NCBI GenBank assembly: GCA_018992685.1
Contig: JACVGT010000001.1
Span: 1-64,000, forward strand
Direction of reading: 5' to 3'
DNA: 64,000 nucleotides
From: Theionarchaea archaeon
GTDB taxonomy: Archaea > Methanobacteriota_B > Thermococci > Methanofastidiosales > SZ-28-30
Every line of letters begins with the position of its first letter. The stretch's first letter is position 1. Positions 30,828 to 41,059 of this stretch are shown here, in pieces. The position numbers and the translations under genes were made by a program. The notes beneath the pieces are model-generated. The model did no database searches. It saw only the letters and a list, made by a program, of their open reading frames with translations, and was not told where the DNA came from.

Positions 30828-33800
30828 TTATTTAGCTTTCGGAACAGCATTTCCTCTCCTGTCCCAAATACTTTCCATGTGCCTATAATAAATATATGAG
30901 AACACTGTGTATCCAAGTCCTGCAATGGCACCTGCGAGGCCAAAATAAGCAAAAAGTATTTTCTTTCCTATAAAGGAAAGAATACCAAGAATACCCGACG
31001 CTCCTCCAACTAGCAGCCCTCTTAGGCTGCTTTTATTTTCATACTCCAGTTCCTTGTCGTGACAAAATTCTTGGAGAGCATCGATCGCGATCGCAAAGTC
31101 TTCCGGATCGATATCATGCTTATCTAGAAATTCCATGGCTGTCTTTACGCCCACCGGTCTTTCATCTTCCACAGGGACAAAATCATCAAATGAAATGAAA
31201 ACGTAGTCTGCAATGTTGCCATCATTATCATAGTAGATGATAGCAAGTCCTTCCTGGGTATTATAGAATCCATTTTCATCTAGTGTCCACAATTCAGCCA
31301 CTGCAACGCCTACGTTCCCAGACCGCTGAACTGGAGTTCTCAGAACCAGCAATTCGTCATCTCCATAGGGAAGTGTATGTGGAGTTTCTTGCTCTCCCTC
31401 TCCTTCACCTCCTCCTCCATCATCTTCTTTCTCTTCCTCTTCCTTTTCTTCTGAATTGTATGAACTTCCAGGATTACCTATGTCATGGAGAGTTCTATCC
31501 AATCCCATGGGGTCTACATATCTCACAGGATTATTCTGGCAATATGAATATCCATTTAAACTCTGAGGATTTGAAATCATGCCTTTGAATGGATCTCTGG
31601 TGATGAACCGCCCGATCTCAGGGTCATAATAACGCGCGCCGCAATAATATAATCCAGTAATATCTCTCTCCTGTCCAGAGAACAAGTAATCTTCAGAGCC
31701 TTCCTCAATGCAAGCCTCACCAAAGGGATGATAAGTTATTGCAGCAACAATGTTTTTATCATTATCAGTTATTTGCCTTGTAGAACCAATATGATCAGTA
31801 TGGTAGTAGAAGATATTTGATTCACCCTGAATAGTGGTTCTTTTTGCTATTCTTCCAGTTGGACCGTAAATATAGGAAGCAGAACCGTTAGAATTCTCTT
31901 CATACAACACATTTGCACCAAAATATATATATCTCGTGGTGACCCCATTTTCTGCCACTTGTAGTCGCCTTCCGATTCCATCATACTTGTATTCTCCCAG
32001 TGTTGCGCTGTTTTTTTCAACTCCAGTTAGTCTATTGGCATAATCATAAGTGTAAACCCAAGAATCAGTGCTTGTTGTTCTTTCCGTCATATTCCCATTG
32101 GAATTATAGGAAAAAGAAGTATCATTTGACAACGCAGTGACCTCATTGACAGAATTGACCGTATAAGTAATCCCATCTTTTCCTATTCTATTTCCTGTTT
32201 TATCATAGGAATACGTATGAGACCAGGAAGTACAGCTAGCAGATGTCAATCGATCAAGCCCATCATAACTATAGGATTCAGTGTTAGAATGCCATGAATC
32301 ACTGGTGTCTCTCCATGCGTTGGCGAGTTGGGTGATGTTGCTATTATTATCATACGTGTAATCAAGGTCCAAGAAGAAGGTTTCACCATTCTTTAAATCA
32401 ATAGTAGATATCCTATCCCTTGAATCATAAGAGAAAGTTGCCCGCAGATCATTCCCATAATCAACTTGTGTCAACAGACTTTCCACATTGTATTGCACAT
32501 TATCAAGGATGATTTCATCATTTGAGCCATCTACATACCGCTTGACATCAGTAATCCTGTTAAGATCGTCATATGAATATGTGATTTCCATGGTGTCTGG
32601 ATAGGTCAACTTTATGAGCCGACCAGCGATATCGTACTGGTATGACACAATATATGCCTCTATTGAGATATGTCTTGTCTCAGAAATTATTCTTTCCCAA
32701 GAATCATAGGTATTTTCGGTATAGTCTCCGGTGCTTATTGCATCATCATCCATTCTCACTACATTCGAATTCAAATCATAGGTCACAGTAACGGTAGAGG
32801 TGTCCTGATACTGTACCTGCAACAGCCTATTCAAGGAATCGTACGTAATAGTGGTTTCGTTATCTTCAGCATCAGTCAGAGATGTCACATTTCCAACATT
32901 ATTGTATTGATATTCTTCCCAAGTGGAATCAGGATAGGTGATTCTTGTTACTCCGAACAAAGAGGTATAGGTATAAGAGGTGGTGTGGCTTTCCGCATCT
33001 GTGAAAGACGTCAAATTACCAACTTCGTTGTATTGATAAGTCGTGGTTGCAAAGGTATCAGCAGTGTACTCTTCTTCCACTTTCACCAATTGACCAAGCC
33101 AATTGAACCAACCGATCTTATCATATCCTCGCCCATTTGTTAAGGTGACTTTGTTGTTGCTATCATCATATGACCAAGAGACTGAAGAAGAATCTGGGTA
33201 TGAGATCTGGAGTGCACGACCCAAAAAGTCGTAGGTGTATGTTTGCATTTGATTGAGTGGATTTGTCACCGTTGATATAAGATCATTGTATAACCAGGCA
33301 TATGATACTGTAGCATAAAGTGTACCTGATCCATAAGTTCCAGTGTACCATCTAGAACTCTGCAGCCTACCCAGTCTATCGTATTCTTGCACTATATGAT
33401 GCCTCAGTTGGTCTATAATGGTGATTTTTCTATTGGTATCATCAAAGATAGCTTCTATATAAGATCTCTGGGCTTGACCAGATAGTAATGGGAACTCTTT
33501 CTTGGTCACTCTACCCAAGAGATCATATGTAAATAAGTAATCATAGCCAGATCCAATGCTAACTCCTTCAGGCTGTTGTATGGAAGTAATCCATCCCCTG
33601 TTGGAGTCATAGGTGGCTTTGCTGGTGATAGTATCCTGACCCACAGTAGCTGAGATTTCTGTCAAGTATGCATAAGAATAGGTGGCAGAATAGGTTAAAG
33701 AGAGGTTATTGGATTCAGCATCGGTAATGGACGTGACATTTCCATAGGTGTCATACTGCATACTCGTGGTGTAGGTATCTGGTGAATTATCCACAGGGAC

Positions 33801-36509
33801 ATACAGTGCCCAGGAGAACTTGGTGTTCTGTGCAGAGGATTCAGTGAAATACAAGGTATTTTCACCATTTGTCAATCCAGTAACAGCGACCTGAGCTGTG
33901 GTATTCTTCAGATTGCTGGAAATAAGTTTCCAGTTGGATTCATTTACATCATACTGGACCTGTGCAGGATACGCTTTCCAATACGCAGTTACTGAAAAGC
34001 TATGTGACTGCTGGTTACAAGAAGGATTTGTCGAACAGCCTTGATACCCCAGAGTGTTGGGGTAGTGGGTAAAAGGTCCAATGTAGGCCCAGCCCTGGTA
34101 TATAGTAACGTCGGGGAAAACACCGCATGAATAGGTATAGTATGTCTTGTAATTACTGGACTGCCAGCTACAGAGTGTCCAGGTGGCATCATGGCATCCA
34201 GTTCCGTAATTTGGAGTGTAGGAATGTACTTCTGAGTAGGTGGGATCAGAGGCTAGCCCGGTGATCTGTAATATGGCATTTCCAGCTACCGAATAGCCTG
34301 TTAAATCCACGGGGAAAGAAGTGCTGCTTGTATTCTCATTAAAGGTCCCAGAAAAGGTTTGATATGAGGTGTAATTTCCAAATAAAGAGTCAGATTCTGT
34401 GGGATGAGCCTCCCCGTCATAGGTCACATATACTTCTTTCACATAGGTACTGTCCTGCTTTTCTGCCATGCCGATCAAGGCTGTATGTACAGAGGAGGGG
34501 ACAGTGCTATTGGAGAATTTGTTGGTGAAGGTCTGTTTTATGGCACCTGTATTATCCATGAAGAACCCCGAACCATTAGTGTTAGAATACGAGAAAAACG
34601 TCTCATGGCCTTCTGCATTTTTAGTATAGGTGATGTTCCCCCAGTTATCATAAGAAAAGTAGGTAGTATAAGAAAGTGTCGATCCATCATTATATACATT
34701 TGATTGCGTAACCGCCTTTTGGGAATTATAAGTATATGTGTATTTTCTGATGGGTGTTGCTGATTCATCCTTGGTTATCTGTTCTGTGATTAATCCACTG
34801 CTGTTTATAGTGAAGTGATTAGAACCTTTCGTAGTATCTGATTCATTCTTTACGGTGGCGACAGAAGATGTGATTGCCTCTAATGTCCCTGTGTAGGAGA
34901 AAACCATGTGGCGCACCTGACTCGTCTCATATACCCTCTGGTCAGTGACATAGTACTTATAGTAATCATTATCGGAGAACCTATCATACGAGTATGTTGT
35001 ATACCCCGTGGTGGCATACGCTATCTGGGATAGCAACCAGTAGTTATATCCACTGTTGTAGTAGTAACTGGTTCTCCTATCCAGGAAATCATCCATCCAC
35101 TGCAGACACCCGTTTCCATCATATGAGTATTCTAATTCGGCACTGTTATACGTGATTTTCCATAATCGACCACTGGAGTAACTGAGGCTGAGTGTCCGTC
35201 CAATGGTGTCCGTTATAGTGGTTAAAATGCCACTCTGATAGGTAAAATCAATACTGTTCCCATCAATATCTCGGATTTGAGTCAACTTCCCGGAGGTATC
35301 AAACTCATAAACTGTACCGCTGGCCATGGTCAACGTATATGTGTTATTCCCATTCTTCACTAGGGTGAAATGAGAGCCGACATGATTTTCAAAGGTATTA
35401 CTCACCCAAGAGATCTTGTATGCTGTCCCCCCCCATAGGTGCAGGTATTTCGTCCCAACATATGGGAAGTCGAGCGACCAGCCCTTACCCAGATCTACAG
35501 GAGGAGCTTCATAATCATAGGGGCTACTTCCATAGAATACTGCAGGGGTCTGGTATACCCTACTGATGTTTACGTTTAGACTTCGTCCTGGAATCACTAA
35601 ATCCGTTTGGGTAATAGTTAGTAACCCATTGGCAGGGTTGACAAACTCCTTCAGATTCCTGAAATACTGTCCATACGGTGTCAACCCTGAAGACTCCCAA
35701 GCATCTTCAAAAGTCTGCATGGAAGGGTCAATCACTACAGGGTATTGAGCAGACCTAAGCCATTCTTGTCCTGATGCATCAATCACTTTGTGCAGTTCAT
35801 ATCCTGTTTCCGTCTCAACTAGATCATAATGGACATCAGTACAAACTGAGCCTCTATCGTCCTTCATAAACGGAGCAAGTATTTCAACTATAGGGTTCCC
35901 ATCTGAAGAGAACAGCAACGATCCAGTTTCAGTATACTCTGGTGTCATTTTATCCCAGGAAATCTCATATATGAACCATTCACTCTTTATGAACTCAGAA
36001 AGTACCAGTCTCTCTGTTAATAACGATGTGTCTACCTCATATTCCATATCTACAGAACTAAATACACCAGAGACAGAAAGTGTATTGTCCTCAGAATCAC
36101 TCTCCTCAGCCTGCACTTCCCCCGAATCACTCTCCACCAATTCCAGTTCAATCCAAGTTTCTCCAATCTCCATTCTCATGGTTTGTCCATCGAAGAATGC
36201 TGTATAATATGGAGAATTTGCCATATACTCATAATCCTGGTTGCTACTGGAGTGAACCTGCAATGGCTCATGACTGGGAGATTCTGTATATCCATAATTC
36301 TCTTCAATACCATAAACTCCATCCTGCAGCGTAACATGTCGTAACCTGTCAAGTGAACTTCCGAACACTATTTCTTCGGAAGGTATATCTGTCATTCCAG
36401 CCAAGAGTTGGACATTAAATAGGAGACCCATAAAAAGAATGGCACCAATATAAGTAACTTTTGAGATTCTGAGAACCTCATTAACTGTACCTACATCTCT
36501 CATCTTCAT
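30828..36509 (-). CDS. Rhs/YD-repeat polymorphic toxin
   Basis: Many YxYD repeats; core YYHTDHIGS..GLYYCGARYYDPEIGRFITRDP..NGYSYCQNNPVRYVDPMG; N-terminal hydrophobic signal; start set after GGAGGT. Confidence 0.93.
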   Translation of the reverse strand: MKMRDVGTVNEVLRISKVTYIGAILFMGLLFNVQLLAGMTDIPSEEIVFGSSLDRLRHVTLQDGVYGIEENYGYTESPSHEPLQVHSSSNQDYEYMANSPYYTAFFDGQTMRMEIGETWIELELVESDSGEVQAEESDSEDNTLSVSGVFSSVDMEYEVDTSLLTERLVLSEFIKSEWFIYEISWDKMTPEYTETGSLLFSSDGNPIVEILAPFMKDDRGSVCTDVHYDLVETETGYELHKVIDASGQEWLRSAQYPVVIDPSMQTFEDAWESSGLTPYGQYFRNLKEFVNPANGLLTITQTDLVIPGRSLNVNISRVYQTPAVFYGSSPYDYEAPPVDLGKGWSLDFPYVGTKYLHLWGGTAYKISWVSNTFENHVGSHFTLVKNGNNTYTLTMASGTVYEFDTSGKLTQIRDIDGNSIDFTYQSGILTTITDTIGRTLSLSYSSGRLWKITYNSAELEYSYDGNGCLQWMDDFLDRRTSYYYNSGYNYWLLSQIAYATTGYTTYSYDRFSDNDYYKYYVTDQRVYETSQVRHMVFSYTGTLEAITSSVATVKNESDTTKGSNHFTINSSGLITEQITKDESATPIRKYTYTYNSQKAVTQSNVYNDGSTLSYTTYFSYDNWGNITYTKNAEGHETFFSYSNTNGSGFFMDNTGAIKQTFTNKFSNSTVPSSVHTALIGMAEKQDSTYVKEVYVTYDGEAHPTESDSLFGNYTSYQTFSGTFNENTSSTSFPVDLTGYSVAGNAILQITGLASDPTYSEVHSYTPNYGTGCHDATWTLCSWQSSNYKTYYTYSCGVFPDVTIYQGWAYIGPFTHYPNTLGYQGCSTNPSCNQQSHSFSVTAYWKAYPAQVQYDVNESNWKLISSNLKNTTAQVAVTGLTNGENTLYFTESSAQNTKFSWALYVPVDNSPDTYTTSMQYDTYGNVTSITDAESNNLSLTYSATYSYAYLTEISATVGQDTITSKATYDSNRGWITSIQQPEGVSIGSGYDYLFTYDLLGRVTKKEFPLLSGQAQRSYIEAIFDDTNRKITIIDQLRHHIVQEYDRLGRLQSSRWYTGTYGSGTLYATVSYAWLYNDLISTVTNPLNQMQTYTYDFLGRALQISYPDSSSVSWSYDDSNNKVTLTNGRGYDKIGWFNWLGQLVKVEEEYTADTFATTTYQYNEVGNLTSFTDAESHTTSYTYTSLFGVTRITYPDSTWEEYQYNNVGNVTSLTDAEDNETTITYDSLNRLLQVQYQDTSTVTVTYDLNSNVVRMDDDAISTGDYTENTYDSWERIISETRHISIEAYIVSYQYDIAGRLIKLTYPDTMEITYSYDDLNRITDVKRYVDGSNDEIILDNVQYNVESLLTQVDYGNDLRATFSYDSRDRISTIDLKNGETFFLDLDYTYDNNSNITQLANAWRDTSDSWHSNTESYSYDGLDRLTSASCTSWSHTYSYDKTGNRIGKDGITYTVNSVNEVTALSNDTSFSYNSNGNMTERTTSTDSWVYTYDYANRLTGVEKNSATLGEYKYDGIGRRLQVAENGVTTRYIYFGANVLYEENSNGSASYIYGPTGRIAKRTTIQGESNIFYYHTDHIGSTRQITDNDKNIVAAITYHPFGEACIEEGSEDYLFSGQERDITGLYYCGARYYDPEIGRFITRDPFKGMISNPQSLNGYSYCQNNPVRYVDPMGLDRTLHDIGNPGSSYNSEEKEEEEKEDDGGGGEGEGEQETPHTLPYGDDELLVLRTPVQRSGNVGVAVAELWTLDENGFYNTQEGLAIIYYDNDGNIADYVFISFDDFVPVEDERPVGVKTAMEFLDKHDIDPEDFAIAIDALQEFCHDKELEYENKSSLRGLLVGGASGILGILSFIGKKILFAYFGLAGAIAGLGYTVFSYIYYRHMESIWDRRGNAVPKAK

Positions 36510-36619
36510 ATTCCAAACCTCCAAAAGCTTTGCATTGACTTCGCCACCTGCATGTGCATATTCTTCAATCTGCAGGCTTTGCTGTCAATATAGCTAAGCC
36601 GTAGACATTTAGCCGGTAC

Positions 36620-36685
36620 TTTATTTAAACCTTTCGGTTTAATCTGTAGGAAATGCATTCATATCTCAACAGTGTTGAGATGAAT
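36620..36685 (-). promoter_or_regulatory. Rhs promoter with upstream palindrome
   Basis: CGAAAGGTTTAAATA BRE/TATA on minus strand; perfect inverted repeat ATCTCAAC-AGT-GTTGAGAT at 36663-36681. Confidence 0.45.
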
Positions 36686-37109
36686 ACCAGTCACATGAGT
36701 CTCAGTTTGGGCTCTTGTCTTTGATTAGATTTTCAGAATGACCTATTTCGTTATCGATATTTGAAAGAGTTATTTAGAGTAATAGAAAAATGAATCTCAT
36801 TCCCGTGTGTATCTTTAGTCAATCGGATGTTTACCTAGAGAAAGAGAGTTGCATAATCCTCGTTTCTAGGTACAATACATAGGCCTCATCAGTACGTTTG
36901 ATCAGTCTAAAGTGATCTCTCTGGTGATGCTGACGGTCTTTTCAAGTGATAGGGCAGAATAGTGGCTGGGCTTGTCATGAAGTGTCTTTTGTGTATCTAT
37001 TAGAAGGGCCTTCCACTAGAAAGAATTTGATAGTTCGATGTTTCATTCCTCGTCGATGATATCATTGATTGATAGGTAACCCTTTATATTCTCACAGGTA
37101 TTTCATTCC

Positions 37110-37919
37110 ATGGTTCAAGCAAAGGACACTCGAGAGGAAGTTGACTGGTCTAAATGGTACAATTTCCAGGGTCGTATGGGTATTCCTATTATCCACTTGG
37201 GCGGGACAAGAGCAACCACAGATCTCTTGGCCCTCTGTGACCTTTCTGAAAAGAGTGAAGTGCTTGATGTGGGATGTGGCACTGGATACACGGCGTGTGA
37301 GATTGCACAAAAGTACAGTGCTCATGTTGTCGGTATCGATGTCTCTGAAGACATGATAGCAAAAGCACAGGAAAGAGCACGTCAAAACCACCTGAAATCA
37401 GTTGAATTTCAAGTTGCTGATGTATTGGAGCTCCCATTTCAGGATGAAACCTTTGACACGGTCATCATGGAATCAGTCCTCATCGTTTTACCTGGTGAAA
37501 AGCGTGACGCTCTGACTGAAATTGTGAGGGTTCTCAAACCAGGAGGAGTACTGGGCGCAAACGAGGATTTTGCACGTAGCGAAACGCCTGATGAAGTTCT
37601 GGATTGTCTCGCTACCGCATTACCCCTCATGAGCCTCTTGACTCCCCAGGATTTGAGGAAGCTCTTTGAAGACTCAGGGTTAGAAGTCATGCACTGTATA
37701 GAGAACTCATCAAAAGGTGTGATCACTCCAAGAGAAGTGGTGAACATCATCAAAACAATGGGCGTGGTTAGACTCCTATCTTACTCTCTACGGTCAGTAG
37801 TTGATCCAGAAATCCGGATGTTTGCCAGGCATTACAGGGAAGGTTCAAATATTATGATTAAACGTAAGGATACCATGGATTTCTTTGGATATGTTTTGAT
37901 TGTCGGAAGAAAATTATGA
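37110..37919 (+). CDS. class I SAM-dependent methyltransferase
   Basis: VLDVGCGTG, GIDVS, LPFQDETFD and VLKPGG. Confidence 0.9.
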   Translation: MVQAKDTREEVDWSKWYNFQGRMGIPIIHLGGTRATTDLLALCDLSEKSEVLDVGCGTGYTACEIAQKYSAHVVGIDVSEDMIAKAQERARQNHLKSVEFQVADVLELPFQDETFDTVIMESVLIVLPGEKRDALTEIVRVLKPGGVLGANEDFARSETPDEVLDCLATALPLMSLLTPQDLRKLFEDSGLEVMHCIENSSKGVITPREVVNIIKTMGVVRLLSYSLRSVVDPEIRMFARHYREGSNIMIKRKDTMDFFGYVLIVGRKL

Positions 37920-38235
37920 TACTAAAGGTTATTGACTGCTTTCAAGTGCCTTGAACAACACTTTTGGATGGGTGTGATCCAAATGAAAAAACAAGAAAGG
38001 CAGTATAGGCCAGGAGCACGAACACGAAAATGTATCCCCCTACTACACGAAAGCTTGTTGTATGTGTTGTGCATCAGGTAACTGCGATTCAGGGCATTCA
38101 TCTTTCTACTGGACGCCCGAATTTCACGGAATGACTGCTGCACCTCAAGACTAGGATTCAGATTGGTGGAAAGTCTTATAAACTACTACATCCCTTAATA
38201 GCTACTATAGTCGGTAGACAATTCACAGGAGAAAG

Positions 38236-39282
38236 GTGGAAAGAATGAATGGAAAGTCATGTATCATCCCACGCAAAGTATGCTGGCTCTTACTTTTTGC
38301 CTTAATGCCATTGTGCAGCGGCAGTATTGATGGCTCAACCCCTCTGGAGACGTTATCACGAGATGTTATCATACTCAACCAGCATGCACCTGGAGAAAAG
38401 GTTGAAATCACGTTCATCAGCAATGCTGGATTCCTCATAGTCTCTGGTGATAAGAAGATCCTGGTGGATGCTCTGTGGGAGGCAAGTGCTGGAGATCAAA
38501 CTCCACAGGAAGTTCGAGAATTAGTAGGGAATGCATCGCCCCCATTTGATGATATTGACCTTGCTTTGACCACTCATGTTCATATTGACCATTTTAGTCC
38601 GTCAGTGGCCGGAGCACATCTGGAAAATGACCCACATACAATTTTCGTTTCTACAGAGGAAGTGGTACGGACTCTAAGATCATCCTTTCCCGGGTTCAGC
38701 TCAATTCAGGACAGGGTGAAAGCAGTTCAACCAGAAGAGGGAGAACGAGTTTCATTGACTCTCAATGGCATTGACATTGAAGTATTGAACCTCCATCATG
38801 GCATTGATGTTCCTGTGAGAAATAATGCCTACCTCTTCACGATTGGTGGACTGAAAATGTTTCATACAGGAGATATTGATGTGACATTCGAAGAAATTCA
38901 AGCTTACGAGCTGTTCAATGATGAAATTGATATTGCCTTCGTTCCATACTTCTTTATGGTATTCGGGGGAGAGGAAGAACGAATACTCAGGGAAAGCATC
39001 AAAGCAAACCGCATCATCCCCATACATATTCAACCTAATTCTGGTAGATACACTCTTGAGAACATAGATGAAGAATACCCTGAAGCTTGTGTGTTCTATG
39101 GAAAAATGCAGACGATCGTTGTGTCTCCCCAATTGGAAGCGATAGAAGAACACGCAGAAGATGAAGAAGAACAGGAAGAACCTGTGGAGGAAGTGCCAGA
39201 AGAAGGAGGATTTTGTCTCGGTACTCTCTTACTCTTGAGTCTGTTGGCTGCAGGTGGTATTGTTGGAAAGAGAGAAGAATAG
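38236..39282 (+). CDS. secreted MBL-fold metallohydrolase with C-terminal membrane anchor
   Basis: Signal peptide, THVHIDH, HTGD, IPIH; acidic linker then GGFCLGT-TM-KREE. Confidence 0.85.
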   Translation: MERMNGKSCIIPRKVCWLLLFALMPLCSGSIDGSTPLETLSRDVIILNQHAPGEKVEITFISNAGFLIVSGDKKILVDALWEASAGDQTPQEVRELVGNASPPFDDIDLALTTHVHIDHFSPSVAGAHLENDPHTIFVSTEEVVRTLRSSFPGFSSIQDRVKAVQPEEGERVSLTLNGIDIEVLNLHHGIDVPVRNNAYLFTIGGLKMFHTGDIDVTFEEIQAYELFNDEIDIAFVPYFFMVFGGEEERILRESIKANRIIPIHIQPNSGRYTLENIDEEYPEACVFYGKMQTIVVSPQLEAIEEHAEDEEEQEEPVEEVPEEGGFCLGTLLLLSLLAAGGIVGKREE

Positions 39283-39372
39283 ATTAATACATCGATTATT
39301 GTGACCAGGTGCTCATGTACTCCCCCTGAACTCATACTGCAGATTATGCGCTTTGGGAGTGGTACAGCTCCA

Positions 39373-40686
39373 CTAGTTTCCCTCAAAGAATATGCGATCT
39401 GTGATTTTCTTCTTCCGTGCGATTCGGAGCACTTCCTTGATGAAGTCACTGGCGCCACACACACAGAAATCGTTGAACATGGAATGGGAAAGAGCAGCAC
39501 AACGGAAGTTGCACACATCTTCAACATCGCACGTTTTACATTCTGAAAAAGAATCCTTTGTAATCTGTCTGAATGCAGTCCCACCTTTTCCATTTTCCCA
39601 GATTTCCTTAAATGATGTATCTCTCAAGTTTCCCATGCAAAATTCTTCCAGCGCTGCAGTATCAGCGCACGGGTACACATTGCCGTCAAATCTCACCCAG
39701 ACATCAGTTCTGGAACCTTCACAAGCGAGAAAAGCTTTTTGGAAAAGCTCTGGCATATCGTCCACATGGAGGGGATGAGGACCTCCATACAGTTTTCGAT
39801 CCCGTGATTTCACACGACGAATCTTGAGTTCTCTGATCCTGATGAAATCGTGTGCATCTTCCTTCCTGAGCCAGAGTTGCTTTTGATGTTCAGAAGATCT
39901 GCCAAATGGAAGTACAGGATTAAGGCTCACTTTTATCCCTCTGTTCAGCCAGTGTGCCATCAGTCGTTCTGCTTCCCCTTTGTTTATCTGGGACAGGGTG
40001 AAGTTGATCCCAAACTTTGTTTCTTCCCTCAGGAACATTTCTAAAACTTCTGTAGTCCTTGCAAATGAGCCCTTTCCCCGTATCTTGTCATGACTCTCCT
40101 CGAACCCATCAAGACTCACACCATACCTGACACTTCTTGGTAGAACCTGAAAATCATCCTCTGTCACGAGAGTGGCATTGGTGACCACGTACTGCTGGAG
40201 ACCGACCTCATCACCATAATTCAAGATTTCAACGATGTCTTCTCTCATGAAGGGCTCACCTCCTGAGATGTTTACTTTAAAGACCTTCATGTCAGCCCAT
40301 TCATCATACAGGGCTTTGATCTCCTCAGTTGTGAGCTCATCCGGATGCTTCTTCCCTGCTGCGAAAAGGCAGTGTGGACAATTCAAGTTGCAGGCATGGG
40401 TTACCTCAATGCAGGCTGTAATAGGTGCTGAAAGATGTGTACATCCATCATCAAACTCGAATGCTTTGAGCTGAAATGGAGTGTAATCCATGGATTTCTT
40501 CTCACCGGGAATCATGCCTGCATTTGTAAGATACTGCATGAGGGGGTCATCAATATCTCCCTTCTCAATACGTTGGAGAGTTTTCTCATTGATAAAGAAC
40601 ATTGAAGCATCTGCATTGATCATGAGTCCTCCAAAATGCTCTCTCCTACAAGCACAATACTTATTGAATTCGATCATCAGTACCAC
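39373..40686 (-). CDS. radical SAM/SPASM peptide maturase with MftB/PqqD-like N-terminus
   Basis: CNLNCPHC, GGEPF, SLDG; SPASM C..DGNVYPC..CKTC..CNFRC; N-terminal RREHFGGL. Confidence 0.9.
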   Translation of the reverse strand: MVLMIEFNKYCACRREHFGGLMINADASMFFINEKTLQRIEKGDIDDPLMQYLTNAGMIPGEKKSMDYTPFQLKAFEFDDGCTHLSAPITACIEVTHACNLNCPHCLFAAGKKHPDELTTEEIKALYDEWADMKVFKVNISGGEPFMREDIVEILNYGDEVGLQQYVVTNATLVTEDDFQVLPRSVRYGVSLDGFEESHDKIRGKGSFARTTEVLEMFLREETKFGINFTLSQINKGEAERLMAHWLNRGIKVSLNPVLPFGRSSEHQKQLWLRKEDAHDFIRIRELKIRRVKSRDRKLYGGPHPLHVDDMPELFQKAFLACEGSRTDVWVRFDGNVYPCADTAALEEFCMGNLRDTSFKEIWENGKGGTAFRQITKDSFSECKTCDVEDVCNFRCAALSHSMFNDFCVCGASDFIKEVLRIARKKKITDRIFFEGN

Positions 40687-40690
40687 TTGA

Positions 40691-40710
40691 TTTAAAAGAA
40701 ATAAAAAAAA
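40691..40710 (-). terminator. oligo-T terminator/attenuator between peptide gene and rSAM
   Basis: TTTTTTTTATTTCTTTT on the minus strand just after the peptide stop. Confidence 0.5.
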
Positions 40711-40713
40711 GGG

Positions 40714-40809
40714 TTAGGGTGCCCAGACTATACCGCCCTTTGGGAACACAATTGGGTTCACACTTCCGATTACAATTGTTCTCGTCATGCGTAGAGTTAC
40801 TTTCTTCAT
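40714..40809 (-). CDS. 31-aa putative RiPP precursor (missed by the ORF track)
   Basis: MKKVTLRMTRTIVIGSVNPIVFPKGGIVWAP; GGAGGTGA RBS; GAAAGATTTATA promoter at 40846-40857; 27 nt upstream of the rSAM gene. Confidence 0.8.
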   Translation of the reverse strand: MKKVTLRMTRTIVIGSVNPIVFPKGGIVWAP

Positions 40810-41059
40810 TTGCTTTCACCTCCACTTTCAACTCCCCCGTCTCTATATAAATCTTTCTATTAGATCAATTGCCAAAAGAAAGAGACATTATCCTGTATGG
40901 AAGATATTGAGTCTTCGAGACAGAATTACTTCTCCACGAATTTAGATATTGTAGGCTAATAGCAGGTTAGTTCTTTCTGAAATCATGAAGTCTTCATGTG
41001 AGTACTTTCCTGGAGCATGTGTCCTCTCAATCTACTGCTTTCTCGTTTCCCGCAATCAA

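Noticed and set aside
39373-40809. Canonical mycofactocin or PQQ locus
   Set aside because: The peptide lacks IDGxCGVY and ExxxY, and no mftD/E/F or pqqB/C genes are nearby.
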